Positions 48,392-63,800 of a DNA stretch of 64,000 bases are shown here, in pieces. The translations under genes and the position numbers were made by a program. The stretch's first letter is position 1. Each line of letters starts with the position of its first letter. Location of the stretch: contig JAAOMT010000231.1 of NCBI GenBank assembly GCA_016748015.1, forward strand, positions 261,683 through 325,682, in the 5' to 3' direction. The notes under the pieces are model-generated. The model was not told where the DNA came from. It saw nothing but the letters and a program-made list of their open reading frames with translations, and did no database searches. The DNA is from Geosiphon pyriformis uo1. Its lineage: Eukaryota > Fungi > Glomeromycota.

Positions 48392-50405
48392 CTATTCTCT
48401 TCTGTATACTTTAACAAATAACGGATTCTTCATTGGAAGGGTAATTGATGCCCCGTAGGTAACTGGTTCTTCTGACGGTACCAGTTCAAACCGAAAGGAT
48501 TTCATCATTGCTGTAATTAAAATTAGCGCCTCGACTGTTGCAAATTGTTGTCCAAGGCTGAATTGAACCAGAAAATTAATAGAAACCACAAAGTTTTTGT
48601 TTATCGTGTGAACATATACCAACCACATTCTCGGCCCGGCATTAAATGCAGGGAATTTGAAAGGACTTGGTCGTAGCACATCTTCATGTTCCAAAAAGCG
48701 TTCTGGCTTAAATTCAGTAGCTTCTGGACCCCAAATACTTTTATCTCTTCCCATTGTATATGAGCTCCATCCTGCTATATCCCCGACATAAATAGGAATA
48801 CCTCCCGGCAATAAATCATCTTTTAGACATTCCTTATATTAAAAAAGGAGTTCTTTAAAATTGATTCACTTAAGTATTAAGTTCATATAAAATTTCACCT
48901 TGGCATTCCTTGGTACAGGCGGATGAAGCCGTAATGTTTCCAACCATGTGGCATTAGTATACTTGAACGTGTTAATGGTGTCAAAGGTAGCTAGGGAATC
49001 TTTTGAACTAAGCATATTATCGATTTCTTTGGAAAGTGAAACTTCAATATTTGGATGAATTATGATATTGTATAACATCCAAGCTAATGACTGTAATTAA
49101 ATCATTTAAAAATTTCAATAAATATCATGATACACCAGAATAGAATTAAAGGATTTGAATTAAATCATATTTCATACTTGAGCTGTCGTGTCTCGCCCTA
49201 TAAATGAAATGAAAACTTTTAAAGTGAAGGCAAAGCACTATTTTGTAGTTTTAATACACTAACCTGCAATCATCAAATTCAAAAGGATATCTCGTAATTC
49301 TTTATCAGTTAGCGCTTCCCCATTTTCAAACTCAGTATTCATAAATAAATTCAACAAATCTGTTGATTTTATCGTAGCATCAGGATTGATACGTCGCTTC
49401 TTGATGAACTGGTAAGAGAAATCGTCAAGAATATCTCGAGCTACACGGAATTTCCGACCATGCTTTGTCAACTTTTCAGTCAAAGGCCAAAAATAATGAA
49501 TCCCACGAAAATCGAGAGCTGATTGAGCATAATCAAAAGCGGCTGCGAACACATTCGGTATTTCGGGTTCATTCAAGGTTTCCAGCTCTTCGCTAAAGCA
49601 AATTCTTTTTTTTTCAAAAATCAAGTTAATAAATTAGGGATTTACTTCAATGGTCAAATTTTAGTCTCATTAATGTTCATACTTGACAAATGTATCCATA
49701 GTGAACCGGTAGAAAAATGATTTTATGTCGATAATTTTTCCACAAGCAGCAACTTGCGACAAAATCTTCAACGCGTTTCGAGTCTCTTGTTCAAACACAA
49801 CGCAGATAATGTCACGGAAATTTCTAGCTTGAAACAATTGGCTTGTTACTTTTCGTTGGAATTTCCAATAGGGGCTTGAAAATTTTCAAATTACAGTAGA
49901 AATTTAAACAAAGAATCACGTTAAATTAGTGGGGAAATAAGTGGAGACAATAAAAATACCCATCAACATTAAATATTCCATCCCCAAAGACATCTTTGAA
50001 ATTCATGATCATTCTTGATGGTTTAGAGTAATTAAGGTGATTTGTTTTCAAGATGTGTTCAACGCCTTCCGGAGTATTGAAAAATATTAATCGACCACCT
50101 GGGATTGTCAAAGTGCTATTTGATACCAAAGAAAAAAGTAAATTATTATAAAATTCTAATAATGACATGAACTGTAATGATATTTACAAATTGGGACCAT
50201 ATTTCTCATTCAATTCATATATAATATCATGGATCTGTCCCCTATTTCTAACTAAAAGTAAATTTCCAATAATGGGGTAACCTTTAGGCCCTTTCAGATC
50301 TGGTCTTGAAGCAGTGCCAACAGCTCTGTCAGGATATTTGACCACCAAATAAATGGTAAAAAACAAAAGGAAAGTTAAAAGATAGATGGCAATTTCAGTA
50401 AACAT
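48392..50405 (-). CDS. Cytochrome P450 (CYP704/86/94-like fatty-acid hydroxylase type), 8 exons, apparently intact
   Basis: N-terminal TM and GPKGYPIIGN; GDGIFNVDG..WKFQRK; AG|RDTTAQ; ETLRLHPPVP; PERF; FNAGPRM[C]LG with the heme-Cys codon split by an intron. Confidence 0.93.
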
Positions 50406-51535
50406 GGTTCTATAAAGTTTTCAAGTAAGAGGATGCTTTCAAAAAGTTGGTCTTGTAAAATGTCGTTCTTTATTGAAATTATGCTCATTTTGATTCACCC
50501 CCTTACTTTTTATATCCTATTGGAAGGGGCGAACATTGTTGATTGCCTTTACTTTAAATAAGTAACTTACTCTATGCATAAATTTTAAGTAGCATAAATA
50601 AATTGCGAATAGTTATTTATCCTTACAAACCATGAATGGAATGCGTGAAGATTTTACGCGATTTGATCAGCGATTCAAAATTCACGTTGAATTATGATTA
50701 CGAAGGCTGTTTGCAGATTGAGGAAGAGCCTTTTACATCATTATCTACTAGTACCGGGGAGTCACCAAACATCTGTTGACGCTCAACCATTAAGTTAAAT
50801 ATTGAATCAGAGTTTCTTCAACCATACAATATAAGGCAGCTTGATCACTGGATTCAAGGCAAAGACGAAAACATTCCTTTTCAAAACCGAGTTGGAAATA
50901 ATTTTAAGTTACTAATTCGACAGATTCTCAATTTAAAAATAAAAATAAAATTTTTAGTTAACATATAATTAGTACATTAATTTATTAAAATAATATAAAT
51001 TTACATAAAATTATTATTCTGCCTATTATATATTAATTACTTTTAACATCCTTTTTTTTGAAATTAAAAAAATAGTTTCAATTTTTGCAAAGTTATTATT
51101 AATATTAAGGAAAACCCATTTTTTTATAACACAAATCATGTATATATATACTATTAAAGATTGAAATGATGAGTTAACAAATAGCAAAAAATAAAGTAAT
51201 AAAAAGCAATATAAATCAGAATTACAGCTACCAATGTTTTCAAAAGAAATCTAAAAATTGAAAAAGAGTTTGTAATTGTTAATAAAAAATAACAGCTGTT
51301 GTAATCTTACGTCTCAATCGGTCTTAGGATTTAATAAGAAATTTTAATTATTTTTAACAGTTATTTATTTAAAACATGATTTAAGATGGTTAAAATCAAA
51401 TACTATAAATAAAAAATGTTTTCTAATTATAAAATGCAATAGGTTTTAGCGTTAAAAATAATATTTTATCTTTTAAATTTTATACTCACAAATATTTTTC
51501 TTCACACAGAATTTTTATTAATAAAATTCAATCTA

Positions 51536-51536
<1 letters not shown>

Positions 51537-51566
<30 letters not shown>

Positions 51567-51650
51567 GTTATTATTAACGAGTGCAGCCCAACCACTACCT
51601 ATTACAACACAATCACGGAAAATTCAAATTACTGCTGAAAAACTGCAAAA
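51537..51650 (-). mobile_element. Short 3' fragment of the same LINE group (or a SINE) with a (TAA)n tail
   Basis: Minus strand GTAGTGGTTGGGCTGCACTCGT-TAATAATAACAATAAT...; matches 29225-29246 and 1683-1737. Confidence 0.75.
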
Positions 51651-53883
51651 TTAATTTTAGAATATATAAAATAAAATAAATAGCATCTAAAATAATATTT
51701 TTTTGACTATAGTTCCTAATTTACTTTTAAGTTTTGATTTAAATTATTTAAATTATTTAAAACAAAATTCATTTATTTACAGTTTTTTGTTTATAAGCTG
51801 AAATTAAACAAAATAAATTTAAACAAATTTTAAACAATATTTAAGATACATAATTAATTGCCACTAAGACAATTAAATAAATCTTTTAGTTAAAACAAAA
51901 TTTTTATGTAATAATTTATTTTATGTTTCTACCAAACAAACACCATTTTTTGTAAACTATAATTATTATTTTAAATTTAATATATTATTTTTTGGAACAA
52001 CAAATTTTGCAACTGTGAATTATGTAAACTGATTACAATATACTTATTTAAAAATAAAAAACTGTATAATTTTAATACCAAAAATTAGCGGATTAAAAAT
52101 AACAAAAGCCTTTCAAATTCAAATTGGCAATTAAGTTTGGCTTTTTTAACATAATATTTATATTAATTAATTTGCGAAAAGTTGAATTTCAAAAAAACTT
52201 AAACAATTTAAAATTATTGACCAAATCAATTCAAGAACTATTACACTATTATTTTTAAGTTACATTATTATTATTTCCAATAAACTAGTTCTTTTAGTTA
52301 CATTATTATTGTCTAATTAATTATTTTTTAGTAAACTAGTTATGAAAAGAAGTGTATTAAAAAAAAGAAAAAATATTTTTTTATTCTAATGATAAAATTT
52401 TGTTTGTAAGTATTAAGAAAAATTTTCGATTTTAAAAAATAATTTTATTATAAAAATTTGAAAACAAAGAAATAAACAAATTTTTTCTAATTTTTTTTTT
52501 ATTAAAAAATATTTTGTAAATTACATTACATGATAATTTTATTATGATGTAATTCTATAAAAATAGTTTTATACAATCATATTTTTTTATAATTGCAAAT
52601 TTGAAAAATTTTTGTGTATTTAATTCCATAAAATTATAACTGTATTCTTATTCCAGAATAAATTTATATTTATTTTAAAAAATAGCATTCATTATTTTAA
52701 AAAAATTAATATTTTTAATATTTAATAAATTTTCTTTATTATTTATTATAAGAATTAGTTAGTTATTTTAATGAGATTAATATCTATTTTTCAACTTTAA
52801 CACTCATTCACAATACTTTAAAGAAATCTAAACATTAAATTAAAATTGAACCTTTGAAAATACTATTTAAAAAAATAATTTACCATTTCTGAATACAAAT
52901 AAATTGAATTTTATATAACCACTTTTTAACATTTTATAAAAAAGAAATTGATATTTAAATGACACAAAAAAACAAAAAAAGAGTTATAACATAGGTTAGA
53001 AGAACTTTGAAGCCAGCTAAAAAACCATGTAATCACAACATTGAAAACAGCAGCAATAATTTGGATCTTGAACAATATTTTTTTGAAAAAAAGTTGTACA
53101 TTATTACAAAAAACATTGAATTTCAAGGCTTCTCTCTAAAAGTAAATTACAGGTATAAAAAATATGGCAAAATTTTTGTTCAACTTTTAAACTAAAAAAG
53201 ATTTGATACCTAAAGGTGAGCATTTTCATTGGGTAAAAAGATTTTTTTTAAATTTATTTTGGCATTATTTGCACTGAGATTACACTCATATTTTAGAGAT
53301 ATATGAAAAATTTAGTGTTAAATCAATAATTATGAATTTTCAGTTTAATAACAAAACTTTTAAGGAATTTTTCATATTTTCAATAATTAAAACAGCAATA
53401 TTTTGAATTTACTCAAGTTTTCTTTTAAAAAACCAAATTACAGCCGTTATTCATCAAAATGTTACCCAAAAAACTCTTTATGAGAAAAATCTTGAAGAAT
53501 TCACTAATAATCAATACGCTTTAATTATATCAAAGAAAAAAGTTTTAAATTTATGGAAGCTTTATGAATTTTTATTTATGCCATGATCTTCAATAAAATT
53601 TGCACAGTAAATATGCGAATTAACATTCTAATTACTATAAACGTAATGATGAACAAAGGTACAAATTTATATTATTGTTGTTTGTTCGGCGTAAAATTTT
53701 GGGGCACAATATATATGAATTTTGTTGGGGGTAAATTTTGGCTAACATGTGAGAATCTCTGAATTTTTATTTGTCTGAATTTCCTTAAATATAATTCAAG
53801 GGTTTCAAGCCTCAAAGAGGAATAATCTTTTGCAAGATCAACGTTAAAAATCTTCAATCTTTTCTTTAGGTTCATCAAGTATC

Positions 53884-54390
53884 ATGTCTAACCCTTGGTT
53901 CTTTTTGAATGTCGGCAACTCACAAGGCACTCGCTCTTTACACTTGACTAAATTAAATACTGAAACCTCTGAGAACGTTGTCAGTAAATATGTGGGTGAA
54001 GATAATGATCAAAGTTGGGCTATAATCGCCCCATTGAACCCAGATTACACAGGTTCATATAATATCATCAACAAAGGATCAGAAGTCGCTCTTAGTTATA
54101 ATCCGGTGACTTTCGGAGTAGAAGCGAAAGAGTTGGATAGACATGATGCTGGTTTCGTTTGGAAATTAGCCAAAGTAAATATTGGGCCAGACCCATCTCA
54201 ACAGCCTGGTTCCCCACGAATCGTTGGTGGCCCATTTAAAGAAGTTTGGTCAATTATTCCTTACCTCTTTGAAAATTATCGATTGACTGGGGGAGAAAAT
54301 AATGCTCCAATTACCATTCAACCTTTAAAAGCAGAGGCGACAAAACCTTATATTAACTATTTTCAAAGATGGCGCCTGGTTGATATTTAA
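53884..54390 (+). CDS. Ricin-B / beta-trefoil lectin-like protein, no signal peptide
   Basis: 168-aa single-exon ORF with QSW / FVW / QRW repeats, each preceded by a Y/W-x-I strand and an L motif. Confidence 0.7.
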   Translation: MSNPWFFLNVGNSQGTRSLHLTKLNTETSENVVSKYVGEDNDQSWAIIAPLNPDYTGSYNIINKGSEVALSYNPVTFGVEAKELDRHDAGFVWKLAKVNIGPDPSQQPGSPRIVGGPFKEVWSIIPYLFENYRLTGGENNAPITIQPLKAEATKPYINYFQRWRLVDI

Positions 54391-55999
54391 TAATATTTTG
54401 ATATAAATTTTAAAAGTTTAAATTTCAAGATATTAAATATCTCGGCTCATACTCAAACTGAATGAAAATTTGTAATAATTAATAGCGATAAAGTAATTGG
54501 GCTTGGGTAAAACGCGATTCATGACCAAGATGCATCCGGAATCGAATTGTAGTGTTTTACAAAGGAAGAAATTAAATGAGTTGCTATTTCTCCTTACTTT
54601 TCATAAAATCATTGTAACGATATGATAATTTCCAGATATAATTGAAACCAATTTGTCATAAAAAAGTTTTTTTTGGAACTTGTCAAGATGTCCTAATGAA
54701 CTATCCAGGTGTCCTATCAGGGTAGATTTTAACAAAATTTGCTGCTGAAATTTCCACAAAAGGTTTGAACTCACAGAAAAGTGTTCTTTCACAACAAAGG
54801 CTCTACACAACTATTGTCACCAATATATGTAATAATTGTTGGAACATCAAAAACTTTCGCCATAATAAATAGCTTTGCGTATGTTTAGATTTAGGGAAGC
54901 TAGAATGCTCAAAAACTTTGATTTTTAAGGAAACTCTTTGTTCGTGCAAAATTGTCAAATCCCATTTAGAGAAAAAGTAAACTCTACTTACAAAGCAAAA
55001 GTCACATGATTCAAATCAAGTGACATTGGATAGCGAATATAAATCAAGAGAATTTTGGGATAAAATTCTCTATACTTTCAAAATTTTAAATATCTTGATT
55101 GTAATGGTTTAGTATAGTCTCTTAAAACTTTATTCCCAAGAAGCAAGATGAGAATTTGTGAAACCTTTCCCATTTGAAAATCATCAAATTTTTTTGATAA
55201 ATAGTAGAAATTTAAATATTTCTTTTCAAGATGTAGTTATTACTAATAGGCAGCTTTATCATAATTTTCGAATCTTTATCAAAAAGGGTTTTGCCGCATT
55301 TGAAATATAAAAACCATCAGATGATTTTTTCATTTCAACTTTGATGATTAAAGTCCCCAAATGGTTAAATCTTTTATATAATTTGAGACTGAGAGGGAAT
55401 ATTATTATTATTTGAAAGCAAAATAATTTTAAAGTACAAATTCATCTCAGAAAGTTTTAGTTTTTATACCAACCAATTTTCATCTACTTTTCCACTCCAG
55501 TGATCATAATTCATATATCTAAAATTTCTCGATATTCAACCTAAATAGTTTTGAAAAAAATTATATATCTCTCACATATTTAAAAGCAAGATTTTTTTCT
55601 GTTTTAAACTTTTAACGAAATGTTAAAATGATTTAATTTCAATCATTATTGAATTTAAAAGAGGAAAATTTGAAAACTAGATTTGGGAAGTCTTTTTTTA
55701 AAGTAATAATGGTTTTTTCTTCATATGAATTTTTTTATAAAATTAAAAATTTACAAATACATTTTATATTATTTAATCGTTACTTTTTTTTTTGAATTTC
55801 CAAAATCGTATTTAATACGTATCATTTGATGAGAAGACTGGTCAAAAATTTACTTTTAAATCAAATCGCAAAATTATTCAACAAAATGAAAATAGTTCTT
55901 GTTCAATTTTTGTATCTTGAATTCTCACAAAATTTTGAGAATCAACGGTTCAAGTAATTATTTTAAGATTTAAAATAAAGGTTTACTTTTTTATCCCAT

Positions 56000-56036
56000 A
56001 AGTCCCAAGTCCCAAGTCCCAAGTCTCAAGTCTCAA
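56000..56036. repeat. 7-bp minisatellite (AAGTCCC/AAGTCTC)x5
   Basis: aagtcccaagtcccaagtcccaagtctcaagtctc. Confidence 0.85.
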
Positions 56037-57821
56037 AATCAAAATCAAAACATTTTAAATGAGATTATAAAATTGTAAAGTATAGTGAAAAAATCCCAAA
56101 ATTTTGCATTAAGCAACCAAAAAAAGTATTATCTTAAACAAACCAAAAAACATCAAGAAAAGTGAAAGAAAATTTTCCTCAAGAAATTATACCCAATTCG
56201 ATTAAAACTGTAAAATGAACAAAAAATAAAATCACAGATTTTTTTTGAAAAATTTAACTTGATTAAAAATATTAAATAGAATGAAATATTTAAATGGAAT
56301 ATGCATAAACCGTTTTAGTTGGTTCAGCCAAGAGTGTGAATCATATAAAAAGAAAGTTGAAAAGAACAATATAAATTTGACTAAGTGAATTCAGGAAAAA
56401 ATTTGTGTTTTGGTTGAGGCTGAATCAACCTATTGTGATGGCTTGGATGAGTTTTTATAAAATGTGACGATTGGAAATGAAAAAAATCTAAAGGAGCCAT
56501 CAAAAACTTACCATCAAGTTCAAATGAAAATCAATTGATCCTTAATATAAATAACGGCGAATTACCTTTGGTTGGATCCGTAAGATATTGCGGTTCAATA
56601 GCACGAGCAAAAATTATTTTAAGCTGTCTAAAATTCCTAGAGAGTTCCTCTATTTGAGTCGTTTCTTTAGAATATTTTTTTTTATGTCTACTGTTTCTCC
56701 TTCTTCTTTGACAAAAAGCTTGCTTGAGATCAAAACAAAAATCTTGGATACAAAAGTCACTCTTCGTAGCAAGAGAGTTTCTACAAGATTGATATAAGGA
56801 TCTTTTGAAAAAAAACTTTCTAAGGGTTGCCAAATTCTTTAGAATTTTTCCCATTGTGGCTTGGAGCTTTCTCGTAGCTTGCCAGATTTTTCCTTTGCCA
56901 TTGCAATCTGCGGTCATTGCTAAGCGTAACAGTTGGTCGTTTTGGTGGATCTGCGTGGCGCCAAGAAAACTCGCTAGGAAGATCAGCATTGCCAGAAATA
57001 CGACGAAAATAAGGATTATGATCATGATGACCTAGATATATGAAAGAGTAAAAAGCAAGTCAAGAGATCTTTTAAATAATTTCACATTTTAAAAAGATAA
57101 GCCCTTTTTTTTAATTGTTAAAAAATGATATTTCATTAGGGCATTTAATGGATCCAAACTGAATTCACCTCTGACGAATTTCAACATTACTTTCGGCAAG
57201 TAATTATTTGTAAAAAAAAAAAAAAATGTAATTCAATGAGATTTCGGCGCCAAAAAATTTCGTAGCAAAGATATTTCAAATGTGACCTTAAATAAAAAAA
57301 TGCCAAAGTTGCAAGAAAATTAAACATTTGGCAACAAGCCTCAACAAGATTTTTTAAAGGAAATTGTCGCGTTTATCTGGTGTGACTACGAATTTTGTTG
57401 TTTGACTTGATTTGGAAGTTTGTCAGATAAACATACGCAATCTGCCTCGTATCGAAGCCACAATTCAACCGCAGTGAATTTAGCAAATTAGCCACCATTT
57501 AAGCAAGATCAGAGCCACAAAATATAGTTTACCATATTTTAGGCAATCTAAAGTTCAACAATGTCATTCTACAATGCAGTATCGTTTTTTCGCTGAGCCC
57601 ATTGATGGGATCTAAATATCAAGCAAAACTATGATGCTTTTATTTGTTTGTTGTGCTTTTAAGAAAAGCTTAGGCTTTTTATGGAGTTTAAAACGCGAAA
57701 TTGAACATCAACAGATTTAAAATCTTTCTAAGCCTGCATGTAAAAGATCATTCTTTTAAAGTATTTACTTTTGAAACGCAAAGGTTCTTTGGGGTAGATC
57801 TAAAGTTTAAGCCTGTCTGCC

Positions 57822-57853
57822 TGATGATGATGATGATGATATGATTATGATGA
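57822..57853. repeat. (GAT)n microsatellite
   Basis: tgatgatgatgatgatgat... Confidence 0.85.
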
Positions 57854-60800
57854 ATGCCATTGTTAAGGCGATCTTATTTTATCATTTTGGTGTTACTTCC
57901 AAATTTTTACATGACAATTTTCCAGAAATTTGTTTTGTTTATGAACGTCTCAGCCCCCAGACAGAATAAAGATAGATAGAATTGAAATGTTTAAAAATTT
58001 ATGTTTTATTGATTTGAGGCTCAGCTATTAAGCAATACCATGTGGAATTAGCACTATTTTGCAAATGTGTAATGGCTTAAAATGTTTTTTTAAGAAACAA
58101 ATTCATGATTCTCAACAGGAATTAGATTTTCGTGCGAATTTGTCGAATAGATTTGAGTTTGAAAACAAAGCTCTCGAGAAAGTGAGGGAAAACTTTGTTT
58201 TATTTTTTTTTTGCTGGAAAAAGTTTTCGAAAAAGAGCAGAATTAATAAATGTCTGCTAAACATAGAGACTTTCTAGTCGATAGAAATGAATTTTTAATG
58301 AAATTGAGATTAATGTGTTTAAACAAAAAACATTAAGGTATTTCAATTTTTCTAGACCCCTCACATTAAAAGGTTTCGTAAAGAATGAAATATGACAAAG
58401 ATGTTGTAAGTGACTTTTTGAAATTAATAAAATTTCCAAAAAAAAATAATCTTCCGCACAAATTTCTCGGTTAATATTTGATATTACCCTTTATAGAAAT
58501 CAATTTATAATTATTAAGGCATAAAATTTGTCATAAAATAAATTAAAATCGAAATAAAATGCTGTAGTTCCTTCATAAAAATAAACCTTATTCTGATTAG
58601 CTCGTCAAACTATAAAAGTAAGTTTTATTGTTTTGGGTTTTTTGCTATTTGGATTCTCAACTTGAAAGTCCCCTGCATGAAAATTATTTTAGGCCTAATG
58701 CAAATTTATGTTTTAGAAAATCAAAAACTGTTTTGGCAAAGATTAATATTTAAACATATAATTAGGTGTCATTCCTTTTTGAGTTTACCGGGTATTTTAT
58801 TTTAAGGTAGACATTCTTTGCTTGAATTAAGCTAGAAGATTTGTTTACATAATTTTTTTTTGCTACCATACTTTACCTTTACTTTAAACTGTCCAATATT
58901 ACAAACCAAAGAGAACTAAGAAGCCCGGCAATAAAAAAAGTACTTTGGGTATTCCTAATTGATATATCAAGGGTTAATTCAGCCAAATACTCTTCAAGTT
59001 ACTGGGCAAGATTTCATCCAAGAAGGCAATATTTTGACGATTCTTAATAACAAGCAAGTCGATCGTGATAGTAGCTTGCCGGTCGAAACCAGCTTCAAGG
59101 CTAGCTTTTCCTGATATTCAAAGAGCAATCTGGTAACTTAATAACAAGCAGTAGACTTTGGAAAAGTGAAGTTTGAACAGTGGAAAATCTACTAAATTCA
59201 GGTTCAAAGAGTGGCTAGTTTATGAATTATTTTCCCTTATTGTCAACAGAGTGGCTGTAGAGGCTTGCCTCTATCAGTCATACGATAAAGTTGTTTTGCT
59301 AATCTTTATGAAATAAAAAAAATTTGAAAATTTTATACCCCAATACACGCTTGCTATTGTTATTGACTTTTTTCCTGAAATAGATTTACTTCAAAAAAAG
59401 GGGTTAAAAACTTGAATAAAATTTCGATTGAATACTTTATAAATTTGTAAGTTTTAACAATTTTAATTCTTTTTAAAAAGGTGAGGGTAATCTGGATCCA
59501 AATCAAAAATTTGACTGGTTTTCATTAGAAAATTTAAAAATACTGTCACACTAATGATTTAAAAGAAATTTATTGAAAGCAAAAATTTTTTTTTTTAATA
59601 GATAGCCCATGAAACTTTTTGAACCAGGTGCTCGATAAAAATATTCATTTCCTTTGTCAAACTGAGAAAATATGACAAAAATAAAGTAATAATATTCGAG
59701 CATTTATGTCTACCAAATAAAAATACATCTATTTAGTCTATTTCAACGTCAACTTTCCCGAGAATTGTGTCATTCACTCTTTTCATAATTATTTGAACAA
59801 AAATTTTGAACACTGGCAAAAAATTTTGAGTCTTTCAAATAAATATTTGTTGAAATCTTTAAAATTTTGAGCTGCTTTATTTTTACTCTTTTGATTTTTT
59901 CCAAGTTTTAAATTCTTTTGAAATCATTAATATTTAAATTAGATTCTTAACAGCCAGTGAATATACAAAAGACTGTCAAAAGTTTTTGAAGCTTTTTTTT
60001 TAAATGTATATTGTATATGCTAAAATAGCTCAAAATGCTTGTAATTACACAAGAATAATATGTTTGCCCAAAAAAATTAATATATTGAAATATTTTATTG
60101 GTCTATTTTTTTATCCGAAACTTACCATTATTACAACGCATTTCTGTAAATGAGAAGAAATAAAGAATTAACTGCAGGAGAGCAGAGACCGTTTGACAAC
60201 AGTTTTTGACATTCTAAAACAAATTGTTAAAAAACTAAAAAATTTAATAGATATAAGATCCTCAAATTCAATCAGTAATAACATCCAAATAAAAATTATT
60301 TGATTAATAAAAAATGCAAAGTTTTTACTAATTACAATAAAATTTTATTGGGCAATTCAGTAATTGATATTATACATTTGAAGTTTTATATTAAATAGAA
60401 ATATTTTTGAAAACTTTTGACATCTCTCCCCACTGTACATTTTTCAATTGTTATTATTTTTAAGTTGAATTTAAATACTTTGAAAATTGAGAATAACAAT
60501 TTAATATAATGTTACAATTAGATACTAAAATGAAAAATAAATATTTAAAGATTTCAAAATTTTTAAAAGATGTTATTTTACTTACAAATAATTATAAACC
60601 TTTAATTTTCATATTAAAAAATTAATTAAATATTTTTGGTATTCTCGAAAAAAGAATAGGATTAAAAATTTTTTATATTATAATATTAAAAAAATTATCA
60701 ATTAAACTATTAATCTCTCGAAAAAATTTACGAAAACAAGATGAAATAAAGAATAAAGATAATTTCAGACCTTTTAGCATTTTGCCATCGATTATACCAA

Positions 60801-63800
60801 AAATCTAATTAAGAAAATTTTGACTTTCTATGGTTACTAAAAGCCAAAAAAACAAATACTCATCATTGTCACTTGGTTAAATTCCCAGCAACAGTTAAAA
60901 ATGTGTAACTTTTTAAAGAAGTTTAAAATATCAACTAAAACATTGGGGATTATTTCATTAGAAAAGTAGATCTTTACCAGAGAAGTCACGTGTTGACGAT
61001 ACATATTCCGGTTCTCTGCGGATAAAAACACATATTGATAAAATTGAAACATCCCAATTTTATGTGTTTTAAATATAAATGTTTTTATTATAGTTATTGG
61101 TAAATCTACTCATATAAACTAGCATCTTAATACGATTGTAATAAGAATGCATATTATTTATTAATACAATATATCAATATGTTTTTGTTAAGTCACAATG
61201 TCACATTAATTATCAATAAAACAAAATACACAAAATAACAAAAATAAAACAATTAAACACCATATAATTTTTAATATTTGTTCAAAAAGATAAAATTTGT
61301 TTGAAGTATTAAGCTTCATAATTAACACAAACAGAATTGCTAGTATTATTAGCCATTTTTCATTGTTTGGTAAATTTGATGTATTTGGTTTTTAAAAAAT
61401 ATTGTTGTTTTTCAATAATTTGAATGTTATCAATAAACTAAAGATTTGTGATTTTAGTTTTAATAATAATGTTTTTTGTACAATAATAAACAAAAAATTT
61501 GTATTAAAATATTTTTTGCAATTTTTGCATTAATGTTTGTCTTTAATAACTGTTAACCTTTACTAAAATTGTTATAATATCAAATTTTTAGGTTCAAAAT
61601 TTAATACCAAATTTGAAAATTAATTTTTGGTTGTGTTTAAAATGTGGTCAAAAAAATTTAATTGTTTAATTCAGATCTTTATTGAATTACTTTAACAAAA
61701 TCTTTAAATTTTTTTCAAATGTAAAAAACAGAATTCAAACAATTTTCATTCACTGAAAGCACACTATGTTTATAACATATTTTTAAGTTTTAGCTGATTT
61801 GTTAAGAATACAATTTTTATCAAAACAATATTTTATTATGAATTCAAATTAAATTTATTAGAATTTTAATTATAATTTTAAAATTTGTTAAATATTTTTT
61901 AACTTTGATTACTTTTGTTATTATATTTCTCAAAATTTATATATATTTAACATTTAATTGTATTCTGTATTGGGTGGAAGCATATTTCCTGAGTTGTACT
62001 TTCAAAAAAATTGCTGGAAATTTATAACTATTAAAAATGTAAGATTCTACATAGTATAATTCAAAGAGTTGTAATGTACATAATTGAAAATACCTGGGTA
62101 TAAATTATAGCGGAGGTCTAAAAGTCAGCAACTTATGGTACACAAATTTTTTATTTCTAATTTATAATCGATACAATAGATTTGCAATGTTTTGTGTTCA
62201 GTTCAAGACTAATGACACGCTGTCATCATGAATTAGGAAATAAAATTGGTTCCAATTTTCCATATTTGGAGAATTAATTAAGATTTGTAGGCACAATTAC
62301 TTGATCAGAGTTTGCCGGATATGTAGATCAAAATTTAAGATTTTAAGTTTCAGTGTTCTAAAAATTTGAATGATCTCTCCTTTAAGTATTGTCCCCTCGA
62401 AAATTAGATGAGATTAACGAAATTTAATTTATTGAATCAAAGTTATACTTTTTAAAGGTTACGGTGCATATTTCAGTTATCATTATTTCCTTATGGATGT
62501 AGGTTAAAACAATAACGTCTTTAACTTTTAGAAGCTTCAAAGGAGCAAGATTTAAATTCAATTCTTCGAGTAAAATAAATTGATATTTGTTATATCAATC
62601 TGTTATTAATTTCTTTTAAAAAAAAATCAAGATTAATGCCAAGCTTCATTGAGTGATCTAACAAACCTCCACCCAGTTATGTGGTCGGTAACAAAGATTT
62701 TTAAGCTAAAGTTTAAATTTCACATATTTTTTTACTAGGCACCCATCTTGGGATCTCTGCCCTAGTTGCAGCATGCAATACACAAAGGCGTATGCATGGG
62801 CACACTTGTACTTCCCACCCCCATTTCTAGTTTAAAAAAATCTATTGTCATAGCTACCAGCTTTCTACGTCTTTGTTGCCAAACTAATTGGTTGAATTTG
62901 CGATTAATTCCGCGGCAATCGGTTGAAAATCAAATAAATTTATTTGATTTCAAAGTTTTTACAATATGTTGCATAATATAGTTCCAAAAAAATCAATCAA
63001 TATATTTAGCAAAGTATAATATTTTACTCATACAAAAACCAAATTGGAAGTTTCTAGCAAATGTTTTTTGCAATTTAAATAGCTTATATGTGTAATTGAA
63101 AAATTATTATTTCAACTTTTAGCATAATCAAATACCAAGTTTTTAATACATTTAACCTTAGATGATTACTTAAATATTTTATTAATTAAATATTTACAAG
63201 AAAATAATACCTATAAGCTGTTTCAAATTATATTATAATAAACAAAACACACTAATATTAAAAGCCAAGAATTACATTTAAATTTTATTTTTATTTTTCA
63301 ACATTCAAATTATTCTATACAGTTGAGCTTTTTTTCGTATTTTCATGCTATGAGTTTAATCAGAAAAATATGAATTTTAATGAAAATTTCTAATGTTTTA
63401 AAGCTTCAAAAATGAATTCGATATAAAGCAATTCAATATGGTGGTGGGAATAGTGCTTAACTTTAAAGCTTTAAAGATAAGTTTTTCAAAAAGTTCCATT
63501 GTTGAAATCATAAAGATTCACGGGCATTTCCAACTTTTACCTAACAATCATCAAAAATTTGAATTTTGATCCATACTTAGACTGTTGTAATAATTAAAGG
63601 ATTAAACCGGCCAACAATTCCCATTATTAAGTCACCGAAAAGCGAACAAAAGTTTTTGACCGAGATCCTTATAAATAGATTGGGAAATGAAAAATCTTTG
63701 ACTTAAAAAGTTTTTTCTATATTGTCGTTAAAGAAAATTTGGATTTAGTTAAGGTGAACTATATAACCCGAAATTCGTAATTGTTACTTCACAAGATCTG

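Noticed and set aside
56531-57035. Overlapping 164-aa, 69-aa and 76-aa ORFs in a GC-richer patch
   Set aside because: No recognisable motif or consistent frame; at most an unidentified pseudogene.
58900-59290. GC-richer patch with a repeated TTAATAACAAGCA
   Set aside because: Only two copies, with no ORF or spacer structure; not CRISPR and not assignable.
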